Counted from the stretch's first letter, positions 1 to 9,639 are shown. The stretch: 64,000 nucleotides of DNA from Nitrospirota bacterium (GCA_963721805.1 CAVRJY010000002.1:544001-608000), one strand, 5' to 3'. Program-made: numbers and translations. Notes: generated by a model not told the origin, from the letters alone.

Positions 1-2
1 TT

Positions 3-944
3 AAGTTGAATTCGGTAGTCGGTGTCAAAGGGGTCTTTGACTCAAAGGGTGACCTTGTATCGATGGGTATCACCTGCGCCTTTTGCCATTCCACGGTAGA
101 CGATGCATTCGCACCCGGCATAGGCCATCGCCTTGACGGCTGGCCCAACCGCGACCTCAACGTAGGAGCCATAGCATCGCTCGCCCCCAACCTCGAACCT
201 GTCGCGAAGCGCCTGCACACGGATGTGGAGACCGTGAAGAAAGTATTCGCGAGCTGGGGCCCGGGCAAGTACGATGCAGAGCTGCTCGAAGACGGCAAGG
301 CCTTCAGGCCTGACGGAAAATCAGCGGCCACGCTTCTGCCCGCAGCCTTCGGCCTTGCGGGGGTGAACCTCCATACGTATAGCGGATGGGGGTCTGTCAC
401 CCACTGGAACGCATACGTCGCCAACACCCAGATGCACGGCAAGGGGACGTTTTACGATCCACGCATGAACGATCCGGCAAAATACCCGATAGCGGTCGAG
501 AACAAGGATTGGAACATTCGCTCTAATCCGGATATGGTCACTTCAAAACTTGCAGCGCTGCATTTCTATCAGCTTGCCCTCGCGGCGCCTACCGCGCCCA
601 AGGGAAGCTTCAATAAGGACGCCGCTGCCCGCGGGGAGAGGATTTTCACGGGAAAAGCAGACTGTGCAAGGTGCCACGTCCCGCCGATCTATACCGAGCC
701 GGGCTATAACATGCATAAGCCGATGGAGATAGGTACGGACGACTTCCAGGCGATGCGGTCCCCCGACGTGATGTACAGGACGACCCCGCTCAAAGGGCTC
801 TGGGCCCATCAAAAAGGCGGTTTTTACCATGATGGCCGCTTTGCCACACTGCTGGAAGTCGTCAATCATTACGATGGCATATTCATCCTGAAGCTTAGCG
901 ATCAGGACAAGACCGATCTGGTCGAGTTCCTCAAATCACTTTAG
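3..944 (+). CDS. c-type cytochrome with at least two hemes, peroxidase-like C-terminus (5' partial)
   Basis: Frame is open from the window edge. Two CxxCH motifs (CAFCH, CARCH); C-terminal RTTPLKGL..YHDGRFATLLEVVNHY..DLVEFLKSL resembles diheme cytochrome c peroxidase-like tails. Confidence 0.7.
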   Translation, partial: KLNSVVGVKGVFDSKGDLVSMGITCAFCHSTVDDAFAPGIGHRLDGWPNRDLNVGAIASLAPNLEPVAKRLHTDVETVKKVFASWGPGKYDAELLEDGKAFRPDGKSAATLLPAAFGLAGVNLHTYSGWGSVTHWNAYVANTQMHGKGTFYDPRMNDPAKYPIAVENKDWNIRSNPDMVTSKLAALHFYQLALAAPTAPKGSFNKDAAARGERIFTGKADCARCHVPPIYTEPGYNMHKPMEIGTDDFQAMRSPDVMYRTTPLKGLWAHQKGGFYHDGRFATLLEVVNHYDGIFILKLSDQDKTDLVEFLKSL

Positions 945-954
945 TCAGCGCTAT

Positions 955-1003
955 CCCATATACACCCTCCCGATCAGAGGGGGAGGGTGTATATGGGGTT
1001 TTT
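955..1003 (+). terminator. Rho-independent terminator
   Basis: Perfect 17-bp inverted repeat CCCATATACACCCTCCC (955-971) / GGGAGGGTGTATATGGG (981-997), 9-nt loop, followed by GTTTTT; starts 10 nt after the stop. Confidence 0.85.
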
Positions 1004-1061
1004 CATTTCCGGCGCTTGAGATTCCTTGCAAAACCCGGCAGTTCTGTTATTCAATAGTGAC

Positions 1062-2360
1062 ATGGCGGATAAAGTGATGGTCACGGTGGCTGAGGACCAC
1101 TTAAAGGAGCTCGAAAGAAAAGTCGAGGACCTCAAGACTCATATGGAAATCTCCTCAATCATTTCCTCCACGCTCGACCTCGATGAGCTGATGAACATCG
1201 TAATGGAGCGGGCCAAGGCCGAGATGGATGCCGAGGCGTGCTCGATCCTCTTCTATAACAAGGAGACGAACAAGCTCGAGTTCGAGGTCGCGATGTGCGA
1301 TGAGCGGCTGTGTTCGGATACCCTTAAAAAGAAGATAATGCTGGATATCAGCGAGGGTATCGCGGGCTGGGTCGCGAGAAACCGCGAACCTCTCTTCGTC
1401 GAGGACGTGCGGGCCGACAGCCGTTTCTATCGGGGCGCGGACAATATGACAGGCTTTAATACAAAAAGCCTCATAGCCGTCCCGCTCATCGGCCGGGGAG
1501 GTCTGATAGGGGTAGTCGAGGTTATCAACCCCAGGAATAAAGACTACAACATGTGGATATTCCGCCTGCTCTGCCGGCAGTTCGCCATCTCGATAGAGAA
1601 CTCCCTTTTTCACCGGGATTCCATTGCGCGCGAGCGGGTTCGGCAGGAACTCGAGATAGCCGCTGCGGTGCAGAAGAGTTTCCTGCCCGACTCGCCGGTC
1701 TTCGAGGTCGGCGATCTTAAGGTATCCGCAATAAATATCTCGGCCGCACAGGTCGGGGGCGACGTTTATGACTTTGTCCTCTCCGCTGACGGAAAGGCGG
1801 GCGTGCTGATCGGCGACGTCTCGGGCAAAGGGGTATCGGGCGCGCTATATATGGCGAAGGCGATCAGCGATTTCCGTTATATCGCCCGCGAGGAGAACTC
1901 GCCAGAGCTGGTCCTTAACCGGCTGAATTGCGTCTTATCGAAATCGCCGAGGGGCATGTTCCTGACCGCGATATATCTCATGCTGGATCCGGCCACCGGC
2001 GATGTCACCGCTGCCGCTGCAGGGCATCCGCCCATCTTATGGCTGACCTCAAACGAAGTGAAGGTCCTGTCGGTCCCCTCGGGGCCGCCCCTGGGCATAC
2101 TGCCGACTGAATACCCTGCAACGACATTCAGGCTGGAAAGGGGTGACAGGCTAATTCTGCTAACCGACGGCGTATTCGACGCAAAAAACAAAGCAGGCCA
2201 GCGGTTGGGGTTCGACTCGGTCGTGGCGTTTGTCAGGCAGCACATTGAGGACCCTGAGATCCTCGAGGCCATCACCGGGTATGTGGACGATTTCTCGCAT
2301 GGGACAGAGAGGGCGGACGACCTCACGCTCCTGGAGCTTCGGTGGGGGAAGCCCGAGTGA
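1062..2360 (+). CDS. rsbU: GAF-domain SpoIIE/RsbU-family PP2C phosphatase
   Basis: Coiled coil, GAF (GIAGWVA..SLIAVPL), ELEIAAAVQKSFLP, VGGDVYD, IGDVSGKG, AGHPP, LTDGV, DDLTLL. ATG at 1062 preferred over TTG at 1026. Confidence 0.85.
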   Translation: MADKVMVTVAEDHLKELERKVEDLKTHMEISSIISSTLDLDELMNIVMERAKAEMDAEACSILFYNKETNKLEFEVAMCDERLCSDTLKKKIMLDISEGIAGWVARNREPLFVEDVRADSRFYRGADNMTGFNTKSLIAVPLIGRGGLIGVVEVINPRNKDYNMWIFRLLCRQFAISIENSLFHRDSIARERVRQELEIAAAVQKSFLPDSPVFEVGDLKVSAINISAAQVGGDVYDFVLSADGKAGVLIGDVSGKGVSGALYMAKAISDFRYIAREENSPELVLNRLNCVLSKSPRGMFLTAIYLMLDPATGDVTAAAAGHPPILWLTSNEVKVLSVPSGPPLGILPTEYPATTFRLERGDRLILLTDGVFDAKNKAGQRLGFDSVVAFVRQHIEDPEILEAITGYVDDFSHGTERADDLTLLELRWGKPE

Positions 2361-2779
2361 AGGATTCAGTCGCCGTGTCCATACCGTCGCACCCGAAGTA
2401 CCTCTCGGTGGTCCGGGACGTCGTCGAAAGGATGGCCGGCATAAACGGGATCTCCGAGAAAACGGCCTGGGACCTGAAACTCGCCGTGGATGAGGCCTGT
2501 TCAAACGTCATCAAGCATGCCTACCATGGAGACACGGGACAGAAGATTCTGATAAAATTCAAGATCACGCCGAAGAGATTCATGGTGGTCATAGAGGACG
2601 GCGGGACACGGACAGACCCGGCCCTGGTTGAGGGCCGAAGCCTGGCCGATATAAGGCCTGGGGGGTTAGGGGTGCACTTCATAAAGAAGATCTTTGACGT
2701 CTTCGAGTTCGACCAAAAGAAAAGTCGCGGCAACAGGCTGAGGCTCATCAGGCATCTGGAGGGCAGGCGTGGAGATTGA
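2357..2779 (+). CDS. rsbW: RsbW/SpoIIAB-like anti-sigma factor Ser kinase (GHKL)
   Basis: LAVDEACSNVIKHAY N-box, IEDGG, RPGGLGVHFI G-box. GTG start overlaps the upstream stop (GTGA). Confidence 0.85.
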   Translation: MKDSVAVSIPSHPKYLSVVRDVVERMAGINGISEKTAWDLKLAVDEACSNVIKHAYHGDTGQKILIKFKITPKRFMVVIEDGGTRTDPALVEGRSLADIRPGGLGVHFIKKIFDVFEFDQKKSRGNRLRLIRHLEGRRGD

Positions 2780-3098
2780 GCTGACTGACTACAAGGGGCT
2801 GCACGTTTTCTCCCTCTGCGGCGAGATCGACATGCATTCGTCTCCGGCGTTGAGGAAGCAGCTGATGAGTTTGGTCGGCAGGAAGGTCCCTGTCCTGCTT
2901 GTTAATTTCGCGGGCGTTTCATATATCGACAGCTCCGGGATCGCGACCTTCGTGGAGGGGCTGAAGGGAATGATGTCCTACGGCGGAAGGTTGAAACTCA
3001 TCGGCATCCCGGTCAAGATCGTAGAGGTCTTTACCTTCTCCAGGCTGGACAAGGTGTTCGAGATATACCGGGACCTGGATGATGCCGTCAATAGCTGA
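2769..3098 (+). CDS. rsbV: STAS-domain anti-sigma factor antagonist (RsbV/SpoIIAA-like; possibly MlaB role)
   Basis: GEIDMHSSPALR and YIDSSGI phosphoacceptor motif; 109 aa. Confidence 0.85.
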   Translation: MEIELTDYKGLHVFSLCGEIDMHSSPALRKQLMSLVGRKVPVLLVNFAGVSYIDSSGIATFVEGLKGMMSYGGRLKLIGIPVKIVEVFTFSRLDKVFEIYRDLDDAVNS

Positions 3099-3888
3099 CG
3101 GGATATTCGGCCCCGTAGGCAGGAAGGCCCTTGCCCTGCGCAGAGACGTCCACCAGGCGTCAAAGATAATCAACGACACTTTTTACTGGACGTTCGTCTC
3201 TCCGCTGAGGGGCAAAAAGCCGAGGCTCCGGGCCAGCGTTCAGGAGATGGTGAAGGCCGGTTACGACTCAGTCCCGATTGTCGCTGTCATCTCCCTTTTT
3301 GTCGGCATAATCCTCGCGCTTCAGTCCGCTTACCAGCTCAAGAAGGTCGGGGCCCTGATCTACGTCGCCAACATGGTGGGCGTCTCTATAACCCGGGAGA
3401 TTGGGCCGATCATCACCGCCATCATCGTCTCGGGCAGGAGCGGCTCGGCCTATGCGGCCGAGATCGGCTCGATGAAGGCTGCCGAAGAGGTCGACGCGCT
3501 CGTGACCATGGGCATCAATCCCGTGCGGTTTCTGGTATCGCCGAAACTCGTCGCACTGATGGTCATGCTGCCGGCCCTCACGGTGTTTTTTGATTTCATC
3601 GGCATATCAGGAGGATTCCTGATCTCGACTGCTGTGCTCGGGATCCATCCGCACAGCTACTTTCAGCAGACCGTAAATGCCCTGCTCGTAAAGGACATCT
3701 TTACCGGGCTTGTTAAGGCATGGGCCTTCGGCATCGTGATAACCGTCGTGGGGGCCTATCAGGGGTTCAAGGTCGAAGGCGGCGCGGAGGAGGTCGGCAG
3801 GCGGACTACCACGTCGGTCGTGGCCTCGATCTTTCTGGTCATTGTTTTCGATTTCTTCTTTACGACGTTATTTTACTATTTCACATGA
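3079..3888 (+). CDS. mlaE: MlaE-family ABC permease
   Basis: REIGPIITAIIVSGRSGSAYAAEIGSMK..EEVDAL..MGINP..FLVSPK and GGAEEVGRRTT motifs; multiple TM segments. Confidence 0.9.
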   Translation: MMPSIADGIFGPVGRKALALRRDVHQASKIINDTFYWTFVSPLRGKKPRLRASVQEMVKAGYDSVPIVAVISLFVGIILALQSAYQLKKVGALIYVANMVGVSITREIGPIITAIIVSGRSGSAYAAEIGSMKAAEEVDALVTMGINPVRFLVSPKLVALMVMLPALTVFFDFIGISGGFLISTAVLGIHPHSYFQQTVNALLVKDIFTGLVKAWAFGIVITVVGAYQGFKVEGGAEEVGRRTTTSVVASIFLVIVFDFFFTTLFYYFT

Positions 3889-4673
3889 TGGAAACCGCGA
3901 TTGAGATCATAGGGCTTCAGACCCATTACGGCGACAGGGAGATACTCAGGTGCATATCGACCTCGATCCCCAAGGGGATGACCACGGTCATCCTCGGCGG
4001 AAGCGGGTGCGGCAAGAGCACGCTGCTGAAGCACCTGATCGGCCTGCTCAAGCCTACGAGGGGCAGCATCCTCATGCTCGGCAAGGACATAACCGTGATG
4101 GGCGAGGATGAGCTAAACGGCGTCAGGCAGAGGATGGGCGTGCTGTTTCAGGGTGCGGCGCTCCTTAATTCCATGACGGTCGCTGAAAACGTCGCGCTGC
4201 CGCTTCGGGAGCATACCGAGCTGAACGCCTCGACTATCGATATAATGGTGCGCATGAAACTCGACCTGGTCGGGTTATCAGGGTTCGAAAACTTCTACCC
4301 GTCGCAGCTTTCGGGTGGGATGAAAAAAAGGGCGGGGCTTGCGAGGGCGCTGGCGCTGGACCCGGAATTCCTGTTTTTCGACGAGCCATCTGCCGGTCTG
4401 GACCCCGTGACCGCGGCCGGGCTCGACGAGCTCATCCTGAAGCTCCGCAATGTATTTAAGATTACCATAGTGGTCGTGACCCACGAGCTTCCGAGCGTGT
4501 TTATGATAGCGGACCATATCATCATGCTCGACGGCGGAGAGGTGTTGTTCGCGGGCTCACTCGATGCTCTGAATGCTTCCGAGCATCCGAGGATACGCAT
4601 GTTCCTTGAACGCAGGGCCGAGGAAATCACGTATAGCCCGGATGACTATTTCAGGGTGATTGCAGGGGAATGA
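3885..4673 (+). CDS. mlaF: MlaF/Mkl-family ABC ATP-binding protein
   Basis: Walker A GGSGCGKS, LSGGMKKR signature, FFDEPSAGLDP, VVTH. ATGA overlap with mlaE. Confidence 0.9.
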   Translation: MMETAIEIIGLQTHYGDREILRCISTSIPKGMTTVILGGSGCGKSTLLKHLIGLLKPTRGSILMLGKDITVMGEDELNGVRQRMGVLFQGAALLNSMTVAENVALPLREHTELNASTIDIMVRMKLDLVGLSGFENFYPSQLSGGMKKRAGLARALALDPEFLFFDEPSAGLDPVTAAGLDELILKLRNVFKITIVVVTHELPSVFMIADHIIMLDGGEVLFAGSLDALNASEHPRIRMFLERRAEEITYSPDDYFRVIAGE

Positions 4674-4710
4674 TGAATAAAGGCGAGCAATACGAGGAGG
4701 TATCGGCCGC

Positions 4711-5607
4711 ATGAAAGAAGAGGTCAAAGCGGGCATCACGATCATCGCGTCACTGGCCATCCTGACCGCTTTTGTCGTCCTTATAGGCGGCAGCAGGCTC
4801 CTTGAGAAGACCGACGTTTATTACGTCAGGCTGATGAACGCCGCCGGACTCGAGACGGGGTCTCTTGTAAAGCTCGGCGGGGTAAAAGTCGGCACCGTAG
4901 TGGACGTAAAGGAACCGGACGGGCCGGGCAAGCCCGTTACCATCGAGCTGGCCGTCAGGAAGGGCCTGCCTCTATATAAGGGGACGAAGGCGCTCGTATC
5001 CCAGACCGGCATGGTCGGCGATATCTTCCTTCTCCTCTCCGTAGAGAGCGCGACCAATGAAAGGCTGAAGCCCGGCGGCGATATCCCGTCACAGGAGTCT
5101 GTGGACCTCGCACATGTAATGGCCAGGATGGACGAGCTTCTGCAATCCGTAGATACCGTCGCGAAGAACGTCGACGCGCTCTTCAGCCCGAATAACGCCG
5201 ACAACGTACAAAAACTTGTGACCGACACGAACAAGGCGATAGTAACGGGGTCGGCCAGCGTCGAGAAGTCGGCGGCCGCGCTGAAGGGCACGGCTGAGAA
5301 ACTCAACATTGTCCTCGCAGAGCTGGATGGCCTTGTGAAAGACAACAGGGGCGAGGTCTCGCTGCTCATAAAGAAGGCCAAGGAGGACCTCGATAGGGCC
5401 GGTAAGATGATCGACGGGATAGAGACGACCGTAAAGACCGTGGACAATACGGCCGGTTCCGTGGACAGGGCCGTGCAGCTGCAGTCGCGCAACCTCGACG
5501 AACTCTTACACACGATGACGAGGACCACCGAGGAACTGCAGGACGCCCTCCAGGAGATCAAACGCAAGCCGTGGAGTTTTATCTATAAAGAAGGGCGCGG
5601 TGAGTGA
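4711..5607 (+). CDS. mlaD: MCE/MlaD-family protein with long helical C-terminus
   Basis: N-terminal TM anchor, AGLETGSLVKLGGVKVGTV MCE motif, coiled coil, C-terminal IKRKPWSFI; GAGGAGG RBS. Confidence 0.85.
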   Translation: MKEEVKAGITIIASLAILTAFVVLIGGSRLLEKTDVYYVRLMNAAGLETGSLVKLGGVKVGTVVDVKEPDGPGKPVTIELAVRKGLPLYKGTKALVSQTGMVGDIFLLLSVESATNERLKPGGDIPSQESVDLAHVMARMDELLQSVDTVAKNVDALFSPNNADNVQKLVTDTNKAIVTGSASVEKSAAALKGTAEKLNIVLAELDGLVKDNRGEVSLLIKKAKEDLDRAGKMIDGIETTVKTVDNTAGSVDRAVQLQSRNLDELLHTMTRTTEELQDALQEIKRKPWSFIYKEGRGE

Positions 5608-6190
5608 AATGCAAAAATATCTGATCGTATTCCTCATAGCTATTCTGGCCGCGTGCAGCATGCCCGAAACGAAGATGTACAGCATTTCCATGTCCGCGGC
5701 CGGGGAGAAGCGGGCCGTCAGGACGGCCGCCTCGTTAGGCATTATCGTGCATGCCTCGCGCTATCTGACACAGCCGTACATCGCGTCTCGCGTCTCGCCG
5801 TATCAGCTCGACATAGCGCGGTATTCGAGGTGGGAGTCCCCGCCAGATCAGATGGTCAAGGATACCCTCAGGGAATCTCTCTCGTCTTCGGGCATCTTCA
5901 GGGACGTAAGCACGTACGGCGCGGCAGCCCCGGGTGCATACGTGCTCGATGTGGAGCTCAGGAAATTCGAGCGGTCCGGCGACGGGCCCGGCTCCTCTGC
6001 CGAAATCGAGATGGATGCGACGCTTTCCTCTCCCGAGGGCGGGGAGATTTATCACGGCTCGATTGCGAAGAAGGCGACGCTCGCGGACAGTAGTTTTCTG
6101 GGACTGGCGAAGGCTCTAAGCACGATGCTGGCTGATGGCGAATCGGAGATTACCTCAGGGATATCCAGGGCGCTTCCTGCTGGCAAGTGA
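5600..6190 (+). CDS. ABC-type transport auxiliary lipoprotein (PqiC-like)
   Basis: Lipobox ILAAC; YSRWESPPDQMV motif; last gene of the MCE operon. Confidence 0.75.
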   Translation: MSEMQKYLIVFLIAILAACSMPETKMYSISMSAAGEKRAVRTAASLGIIVHASRYLTQPYIASRVSPYQLDIARYSRWESPPDQMVKDTLRESLSSSGIFRDVSTYGAAAPGAYVLDVELRKFERSGDGPGSSAEIEMDATLSSPEGGEIYHGSIAKKATLADSSFLGLAKALSTMLADGESEITSGISRALPAGK

Positions 6191-6272
6191 GACGCCAAAT
6201 CGTACCTGAGCCGGTACAAGGGATTTAGCGCGTACCCCCCCTTGGAATGAGTACGTTGCCTGTGGTGCGATG

Positions 6273-7547
6273 CTACTTGCCTATGACGACGAGCCTTGAG
6301 GTCTCGGCCGCGTGATTATTCCAGATCTCGCTCAGAGGCCTGCCCAACTGGGCGCGGGCCTTGCCGTCATCAGGCGTAAGGAACCTGATGACGAGGAATC
6401 GGTCCTTATAGACTTTGTAGTCAGCCGGAAAGCAGCCAGAGAAGATGAGCTTGCCGGACTTGCCCAGTGGATAGTCCATGTTAGGCGCCACGCTGAACCT
6501 GGCCGAGGGAGTTTCGACCTCTACCGGGCCTATATTGTCGCTGCCTCTTATGAAGCCGTCGCCGCCCCTCATGCCCAGCGTTATCGGCGCGCGTGACAAG
6601 GCCTTGTTCGTCAGCGGGACGTCCGCGTTCTGAAGCCTGCCGAGGGTTATCGCGGCCTTGTAATGCCATATGGCGTCATGCCCGAAAAAACGGGTGTGCA
6701 GCGGCTCCATGCCCTGGAGCCGGTCCATGAGGCTGCGCACGACGGCTGCCAGATGAGGCGCTGAGGCGTTATCCTCGCAAAACAGATAGAGCTGCAGCAG
6801 ATCGTTGCTGTTTTGAAATGAGTTGGCCTGCTGCAGCCGCTGCGATTCCCCGGCCGGAAGCGCGGCCTGCGGGGCGGGCGGCGCAACCGGTGACGCCATG
6901 TGCGCGGCGGGGTTTGCATCGAACTCGGCCAGCTCGTCGGCCCGCCAGAAGACCTTGTATACTTTGGCTGGCTTGGACTTGCCTTTAAGCATGGTCTCTT
7001 TCAGAAACCGGCACGGGTGCTCTTCCTTGTCAGAGAGGGCCTGGTATGTTTCTTCCGATATGTGGATCTCACACGCCGAGGAGCCGGACTCGAAACGCGA
7101 CGCGGTATTGACGACATCGCCGAAGATGTCGTTTTTCTCCATGATGACGCTGCCCGTATGCATCCCGATGCGGATCAGTATGGGCGTGGCGTTGTTCCTG
7201 TCGGAGTTGTAGGCCCTGCACTTCGTCTGGATCCCGACTGCGGCCCGCACCGCGTCCTGCGTGCTGACGAAATAAGAGAGTGTCCCGTCGCCCATGGACT
7301 TGACGAGCACGCCCCCCTTGTCCTTTATCTCTGGAAAGACGATGTTGTTGTGGTCCCTTATGAGCATGCGCGTCGCCAGGTCGCCGCTCTCTTCGGCCAT
7401 CGAGGTCGAGCCCTTCAGGTCGGTGAACATGACCGTGACGTACTTGCTGAACTTTTGCTGGATGAGGCCTTCCAGGCGGGCCTTCTGCTCGAGGAGCTTC
7501 TCGAGGTTGACGCTTGCGCCGTTGTCCAGATCTTCAGGTTCGCTCAT
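6273..7547 (-). CDS. Class III adenylate cyclase with C-terminal FHA-like domain
   Basis: VTVMFTDLKGST, VKSMGDG, IRIGMHTG, DIFGDVVNTASRFE (Lys/Asp adenine-specificity residues present). C-terminal ITLGR..DVPLTNKALSR is FHA-like. Confidence 0.8.
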   Translation of the reverse strand: MSEPEDLDNGASVNLEKLLEQKARLEGLIQQKFSKYVTVMFTDLKGSTSMAEESGDLATRMLIRDHNNIVFPEIKDKGGVLVKSMGDGTLSYFVSTQDAVRAAVGIQTKCRAYNSDRNNATPILIRIGMHTGSVIMEKNDIFGDVVNTASRFESGSSACEIHISEETYQALSDKEEHPCRFLKETMLKGKSKPAKVYKVFWRADELAEFDANPAAHMASPVAPPAPQAALPAGESQRLQQANSFQNSNDLLQLYLFCEDNASAPHLAAVVRSLMDRLQGMEPLHTRFFGHDAIWHYKAAITLGRLQNADVPLTNKALSRAPITLGMRGGDGFIRGSDNIGPVEVETPSARFSVAPNMDYPLGKSGKLIFSGCFPADYKVYKDRFLVIRFLTPDDGKARAQLGRPLSEIWNNHAAETSRLVVIGK

Positions 7548-7562
7548 TTCCGCTCCCAGGCC

Positions 7563-9530
7563 CTATATCTTGAAGTTCGCGTCGTCGGGTTTGCATTTAG
7601 AGAAGCTGAGGAAGGTCGCGCCAGGCCTGCTGGCGTTGTCGGCAAATATGGCGCCCCCGGCCTTGGAGGCGCTGCAGAGTTCGAAATGACACTTCTTGAT
7701 CAGCAACTTTGACGAGGCGCAGTTGACGCCGCCGCCATGGTACTTGCCGAAGCAGCTCATGAACCGGGAATCCTCAAGCAGGCCGGCCGCGGCGGAGTAG
7801 CTGATGCCTCCTCCGTCCCTGCCTGCCAGGCACTTGTTGAACGTGCATTTTCTGATGGCCTGCTCAGAGGCAATGACCGCGACACCCCCGCCGGACTGCG
7901 TTGCGGTGCAGCCGTCAAAGAGGGATTCGTCCAGCGAGGCGTTGGACCTGAGGATGTGGGCTCCCCCTCCGTCATGTGCCGAGCACTTGTTGAAAGTCAG
8001 CCGCCTGAAGGTGAGGGCCTTGGCCGTGCCGGCCACGAACAGGCCGCCGCCGTATACGGCGTTCTCCAGGACTTGGGCCGAGCCCTCGGGCATGCGCTCC
8101 TTGATTACAGCCCCCTTTATGCCCTTGCCGAAATTGAAGACGCAGTCCTCGAAGCTGACGGCCGATTCCGGCGAGGCGAAGACCGCGATGTTGTTCCACT
8201 TCTGGGCGGGGTCGGACGCCGTGAAATGCGCATGGCTCGCCTTGATGCTGCCGAGCACGATTATGCCGGTGTTGGGTGCGAAAAAAAGCTTCGCCCTTTC
8301 TAAAACCAGCGTAGCGCCCCGTTCGATGACCAAGCTGCCGGTTATGCGCACATCCTCCCTGAGGATCTTCAAGACCTCCCCGCGCCTGACGACGCGCCCC
8401 TCGATCTCCCTCTCGGCCTTTCCGAGTGCCTGCTTTTCGTCCTTGAGCTTGATGCTCCCGAACTGTACGGAGGGGGATTGAAGCCTGATGGACGCCTGTG
8501 GCGCGGACCACATCTCGGAGTAATCGTCCTGAGGGGCCGCGACAGCGGCGGGTTGAGGTTTGGGCTGCAGCTTGATCGTCGCCGCATCGAAATCCGAGGC
8601 CTGCGGCCCATCGGAGCGGTCGAAAAAACCTCCCCTTTCGGGCTCGCTGCCCTTGAGCGCCCTAAGCGCCTCGTCGAAGCTCGTAAACCTCTGCTCCGGC
8701 TCAAACGCGAGGCACCTCGAGATGACGCTGCGTATGTTGTCCGGGATATCGGCCCTGGAGTATGCGGCCCCCTGGCTGCGCACAAGGTCGAAGCGGGCGT
8801 TCAGGGCCTTCCCCTCGTAGGGGAGGTGCCCCTCGAGGACGAAAAAGCTGAGCAGCCCATAGGAATAGATGACAGAGCGCATGTCCGGGGTCTGCGCCTT
8901 CTTGATGACCTCAGGGGCGCAGTAATTCGGAGTGACCTGGCTTATGCTCTGGGTGATGCTCACGACATTTTTAAGCCCCCCGATGTCGCCGACGACCAGT
9001 TTCAGGTCCCCTGCCGTCCCCCTGACCAGTATGTTTTCGGGCTTGAAGTCCTCGAAGAGAAACCCATGCTTGGTGTAGAGGTTGCCGAGCATAAGGGCGA
9101 TCTTCTCCATTATGTCTCGGGCGGCCGCGATGTCCAGCGGCCCGCTGGTCCTCCTGTAATGGTCGATGACGAACCCGCCCAGGTTGGTCGGGTAAAGCTC
9201 CATGATGACGAGGGCATATGCGTTTGTGCCGCCTTCGTCCTGGTCGCGGACCATGTAGAAATCGTAAACTGTTGCGATCTCCTCGCAGGCGATGCGCTCG
9301 TAGCTCTCGACGATGTGGCGGAAGTCACGTTCGGTCTTGGCCTCGGCGGATACGAGCACGCCGTTTTCGATGCCCGTGGATGAATGCAGGGGGACGATCT
9401 TGGCCACGCGTTCCTTGAGGTCGTCCTTGATCTTGAACACCGCGCCAAAAGAGCCCTGTCCCACTATCCCGGATATATGGAATGTGGGGAGGACCTTCTT
9501 AACCAGTTTTTCGGCCAGTTCTTTATTCAT
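7563..9530 (-). CDS. Atypical Hanks-type Ser/Thr kinase fused to beta-helix repeats
   Basis: GQGSFGAVF, VAK, EDFKPENIL, GDIG, YCAPE; C-terminal FxxC..GGG/GGAI repeats. Confidence 0.8.
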   Translation of the reverse strand: MNKELAEKLVKKVLPTFHISGIVGQGSFGAVFKIKDDLKERVAKIVPLHSSTGIENGVLVSAEAKTERDFRHIVESYERIACEEIATVYDFYMVRDQDEGGTNAYALVIMELYPTNLGGFVIDHYRRTSGPLDIAAARDIMEKIALMLGNLYTKHGFLFEDFKPENILVRGTAGDLKLVVGDIGGLKNVVSITQSISQVTPNYCAPEVIKKAQTPDMRSVIYSYGLLSFFVLEGHLPYEGKALNARFDLVRSQGAAYSRADIPDNIRSVISRCLAFEPEQRFTSFDEALRALKGSEPERGGFFDRSDGPQASDFDAATIKLQPKPQPAAVAAPQDDYSEMWSAPQASIRLQSPSVQFGSIKLKDEKQALGKAEREIEGRVVRRGEVLKILREDVRITGSLVIERGATLVLERAKLFFAPNTGIIVLGSIKASHAHFTASDPAQKWNNIAVFASPESAVSFEDCVFNFGKGIKGAVIKERMPEGSAQVLENAVYGGGLFVAGTAKALTFRRLTFNKCSAHDGGGAHILRSNASLDESLFDGCTATQSGGGVAVIASEQAIRKCTFNKCLAGRDGGGISYSAAAGLLEDSRFMSCFGKYHGGGVNCASSKLLIKKCHFELCSASKAGGAIFADNASRPGATFLSFSKCKPDDANFKI

Positions 9531-9639
9531 GTTAGTATACGCAAGTCGGTCAATTGATAATGCGGATTCCCCTAACTTTTATAACACTTGATGGCCGGAC
9601 AATACAAGTTGGGAACCGGTGGTATCAGGAGCTATAAAA

